Below are positions 61,498 through 64,000 of a stretch of DNA of 64,000 nt, piece after piece. The translations under genes and the position numbers were made by a program. The notes under the pieces are model-generated. The model was given only the letters and a program-made list of their open reading frames with translations, was not told the origin of the DNA and searched no databases. This DNA is from Obrimoposthia wandeli (lineage: Eukaryota), in contig CDROCS010000194.1 of NCBI GenBank assembly GCA_977020255.1, positions 372,001 through 436,000 of the forward strand. Direction: 5' to 3'. The number at the start of each line of letters is the position of its first letter. The stretch's first letter is position 1.

Positions 61498-64000
61498 TGG
61501 ATAATGATAGACGACCTTATGTAAATTTGAAATTAATGAGTATAAATTAAAAGCTTTAATTGACACAGGATCAAGCGTAACAGTTTTGGACGAGTCTTTC
61601 TTAAAACCACACCAAATATTACTGCTTCTCACAGATAACAGTCAAATAACAGCAGCAAACGGTCAACCCGTAAATATTATTGGTAAATTAGATTGCATTT
61701 TTAAAATAGGAGATAAATTTATAAAAATACCTACTAGAATAATGAAAAATTGTCCATGTCAGATGATAATAGGAATAGATACATTGAGGAAATTAGGAAA
61801 CAATTTTCACTTCGACTTTGAGAAAAATCAAATTAAAGACATTTACAGACCAAACGCTAAAAGCGAATACGAATTGGAAATAAAAGGAGATATCATCCTT
61901 CAACCTAGAACAGAAACAATATTACAATTAGAAACTAACATAGTTACAGAAAAAGACATCTTATTCGAACCTTATAAATATCAACAGGAAACATTAAATT
62001 ACGTTCTACCAAATATAATTTGTAAAATAAGAAATAACACAATACCTATCAGAATACTAAATGGAGACATAAACGAGATTCATCTAAAAGTAGGAACACG
62101 CCTTGGAAAAATAAGTGTTATAGAGAATATAGAATTAATTAATAATGAAAAAATAGAAGACAATTCCACCGTAAAATTTGAAAATATTAGATTAAATGAT
62201 TATGAGAAATCAAAACTAAAATCATTGATGGAGAAATATGACGTAATTTTTGCAAAAAATGAATATGACCTTGGACGAACAGATTTAATTAAACATAACC
62301 TTCCGTTAACTATTAATACAGCAATCAAACAACGACCTTACCGTATCCCATACGCTTACAGAGAAGAAGCTCAAAGACAGGTAAAAGGAATGTTAGAAAA
62401 TAAAATCATAAGAAGAAGTTTTTCAGCATGGACATCTCCAGTTGTTTTGATAAAAAAGAAAGATGGTTCACTAAGATTTTGCGTAGATTACAGAAAATTA
62501 AATGAGATCACACATAAAGACACATATCCACTTCCAAGAATTGATGAAATCTTAGATAAACTAAAAAATGCAAAAATATTTACAACCTTAGATTTACAAA
62601 ATGGATATTGGCAGATAGAAATAGAGGAATCAGATAAAGAAAAAACAGCATTCTCAACAGGAGAAGGATTATATGAATTTAACGTTTTACCTTTTGGATT
62701 AACAGGTGCTCCAGCAACATTTCAGAGATGCATGAGCCACATTTTGATGAACGCCGATCATGTCATGGTTTATATCGACGATATTCTAATTTTTTCAAAA
62801 AATTTTGAAGAACATTTAAAAGATTTAGAAAATGTATTTCTTAGATTAAAAATAGCAGGTTTAAAATTAAAACCAAAAAAGTGTGAATGGATGAAAGACA
62901 AAGTGAATTATCTAGGTCACGCAGTATCAGCAAAAGGAATTCAACCAGATGAAAGTAATATAGAAAAAATAAAGAATTTTCCAATTCCAAAAACAGTAAA
63001 AAATATACAAGAATTTTTAGGACTTGCAGGATATTATCGTCGATTTATCAGAAACTTTGCACAAATAGCAACACCATTAAACAAACTTATTAAAAAAGAT
63101 GAAAAATTTGAATGTGAAACGGAACAACAAGAGTCATACGAGTACCTAAAACAAAAATTGATTGAAAAACCTATATTGAGATATCCTAATTTCAACAACT
63201 CGTTTCTAGTAATGACTGACGCAAGTGGATACGCGTTAAGAGCAGTACTAGGACAACAGGATAATAACGAAAAAGATCATGTGATAGCGTACACAAGCAG
63301 AGGTCTTAAAAAACACGAAATAAATTATTCAACAATAGAAAGAGAATGCCTCGCTATTTGTTTCGCAATGGAACATTTTAAACATTACTTATTAGGTCGA
63401 AAAGTTCACGTTTATACTGATCAAAGACCATTACAGTGGCTACTAAATCATAAAGATACAACATCTAGATTAATGAGATGGGCGTTAATTCTCCAAAAAT
63501 ATGATATTGAAATTAAATATAGAAAAGGTAAATCAAACGCCAATGCAGATTGCCTATCTAGAATAAGAGAAGAAGTAAATGTAATAAATTCCAATGACAC
63601 CGAATTAAATATTTTTACAATAATCAAGGCTCGATATGATGATAAAGTAATCACCGATCTTCAAAGCAAAGATACGGAATTACAACAAATAATTAAGTAT
63701 ATCACCATCAATCAAGTTCCAACAGATGAAAAATTAAGAAAACATTTAAAAACTCATGAATCTCGCTATAAATTCAGTAACAATATTTTACATTATTTAA
63801 ACGATAAAAATCTGTACTCACTAGTTATACCTAAAGAAATACAATGCCAATTACTCCTTCAATATCATAACGGAGCTTTAGGAGGACATCTTTCAACAAA
63901 AAAGACACATTCAAGATTAAATTTAAAATATTATTGGATTGATATGAAAGAAGATGTAAAAAATTGGTGTAATACTTGTGAAATATGTCTTAAAAGAAAA
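61498..64000 (+). CDS. pol: Pol: aspartic protease, dUTPase-like relic, reverse transcriptase, RNase H and integrase zinc finger (truncated by the window end); 1-bp deletion at ~61547
   Basis: RRPYV...KALIDTGSSV; QRPYRIP, WTSPVVLIKKKDGSLRFCVDYRKLN, LDLQNGYWQ, PFGL..AP.TFQR, YIDD; TDASG, YST.EREC.A, VYTDQRPL, RWAL.LQ, NANADCLSR; H...GGH...C..C. The frame from 61550 to 64000 has no stop. Confidence 0.96.

Larger units (their letters stand above)
57240..64000 (+). mobile_element. Ty3/Gypsy LTR retrotransposon carrying a viral glycoprotein between gag and pol; runs off the window end
   Basis: Domain order Gag-CCHC x3, signal peptide, glycoprotein, TM, PR, RT, RH, IN(HHCC). RT-RH before IN is the Gypsy order. 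Confidence 0.95.

Noticed and set aside
61540-61555. Programmed -1 frameshift before pol
   Set aside because: No X XXY YYZ slippery heptamer in frame. The shift falls inside the protease (after RPYV, before ALIDTG) and is fixed by one T in a T run, so mutation or sequencing error is more likely.

Overview
AT-rich eukaryotic (metazoan, probably invertebrate) genomic DNA. The taxon is a guess: a planarian-like flatworm would fit but cannot be shown here. Five host genes were assembled by hand from GT-AG exons or single ORFs: the 5' part of CFAP52 (-), a complete 6-exon HPDL (-), a 4-exon SRPBCC/START-like gene (-), a 6-exon DUF4476 (PROSER1-N-like) gene (+) and an intronless dual-specificity phosphatase (+). 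They sit in a dense field of transposon relics (mariner, Tigger/pogo, maT-like, Chapaev3-like, MULE-like, piggyBac-like, Polinton-type DNA polymerase, degenerate Gypsy), three solo LTRs with 4-bp target-site duplications, and several tandem duplications and palindromes. The most striking object is the Ty3/Gypsy element from about 55.4-57.3 kb to the window end. A chuvirus-like (class III/gB-type) viral glycoprotein, with its own internal signal peptide and C-terminal transmembrane segment, lies between Gag and the protease, apparently as part of one ancestral Gag-Env-PR-RT-RH-IN polyprotein. The second most interesting observation is a conserved three-way-junction fold, with a compensatory base change, at the 3' end of all three solo LTRs. 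No database searches were run; all family calls come from motif recognition.
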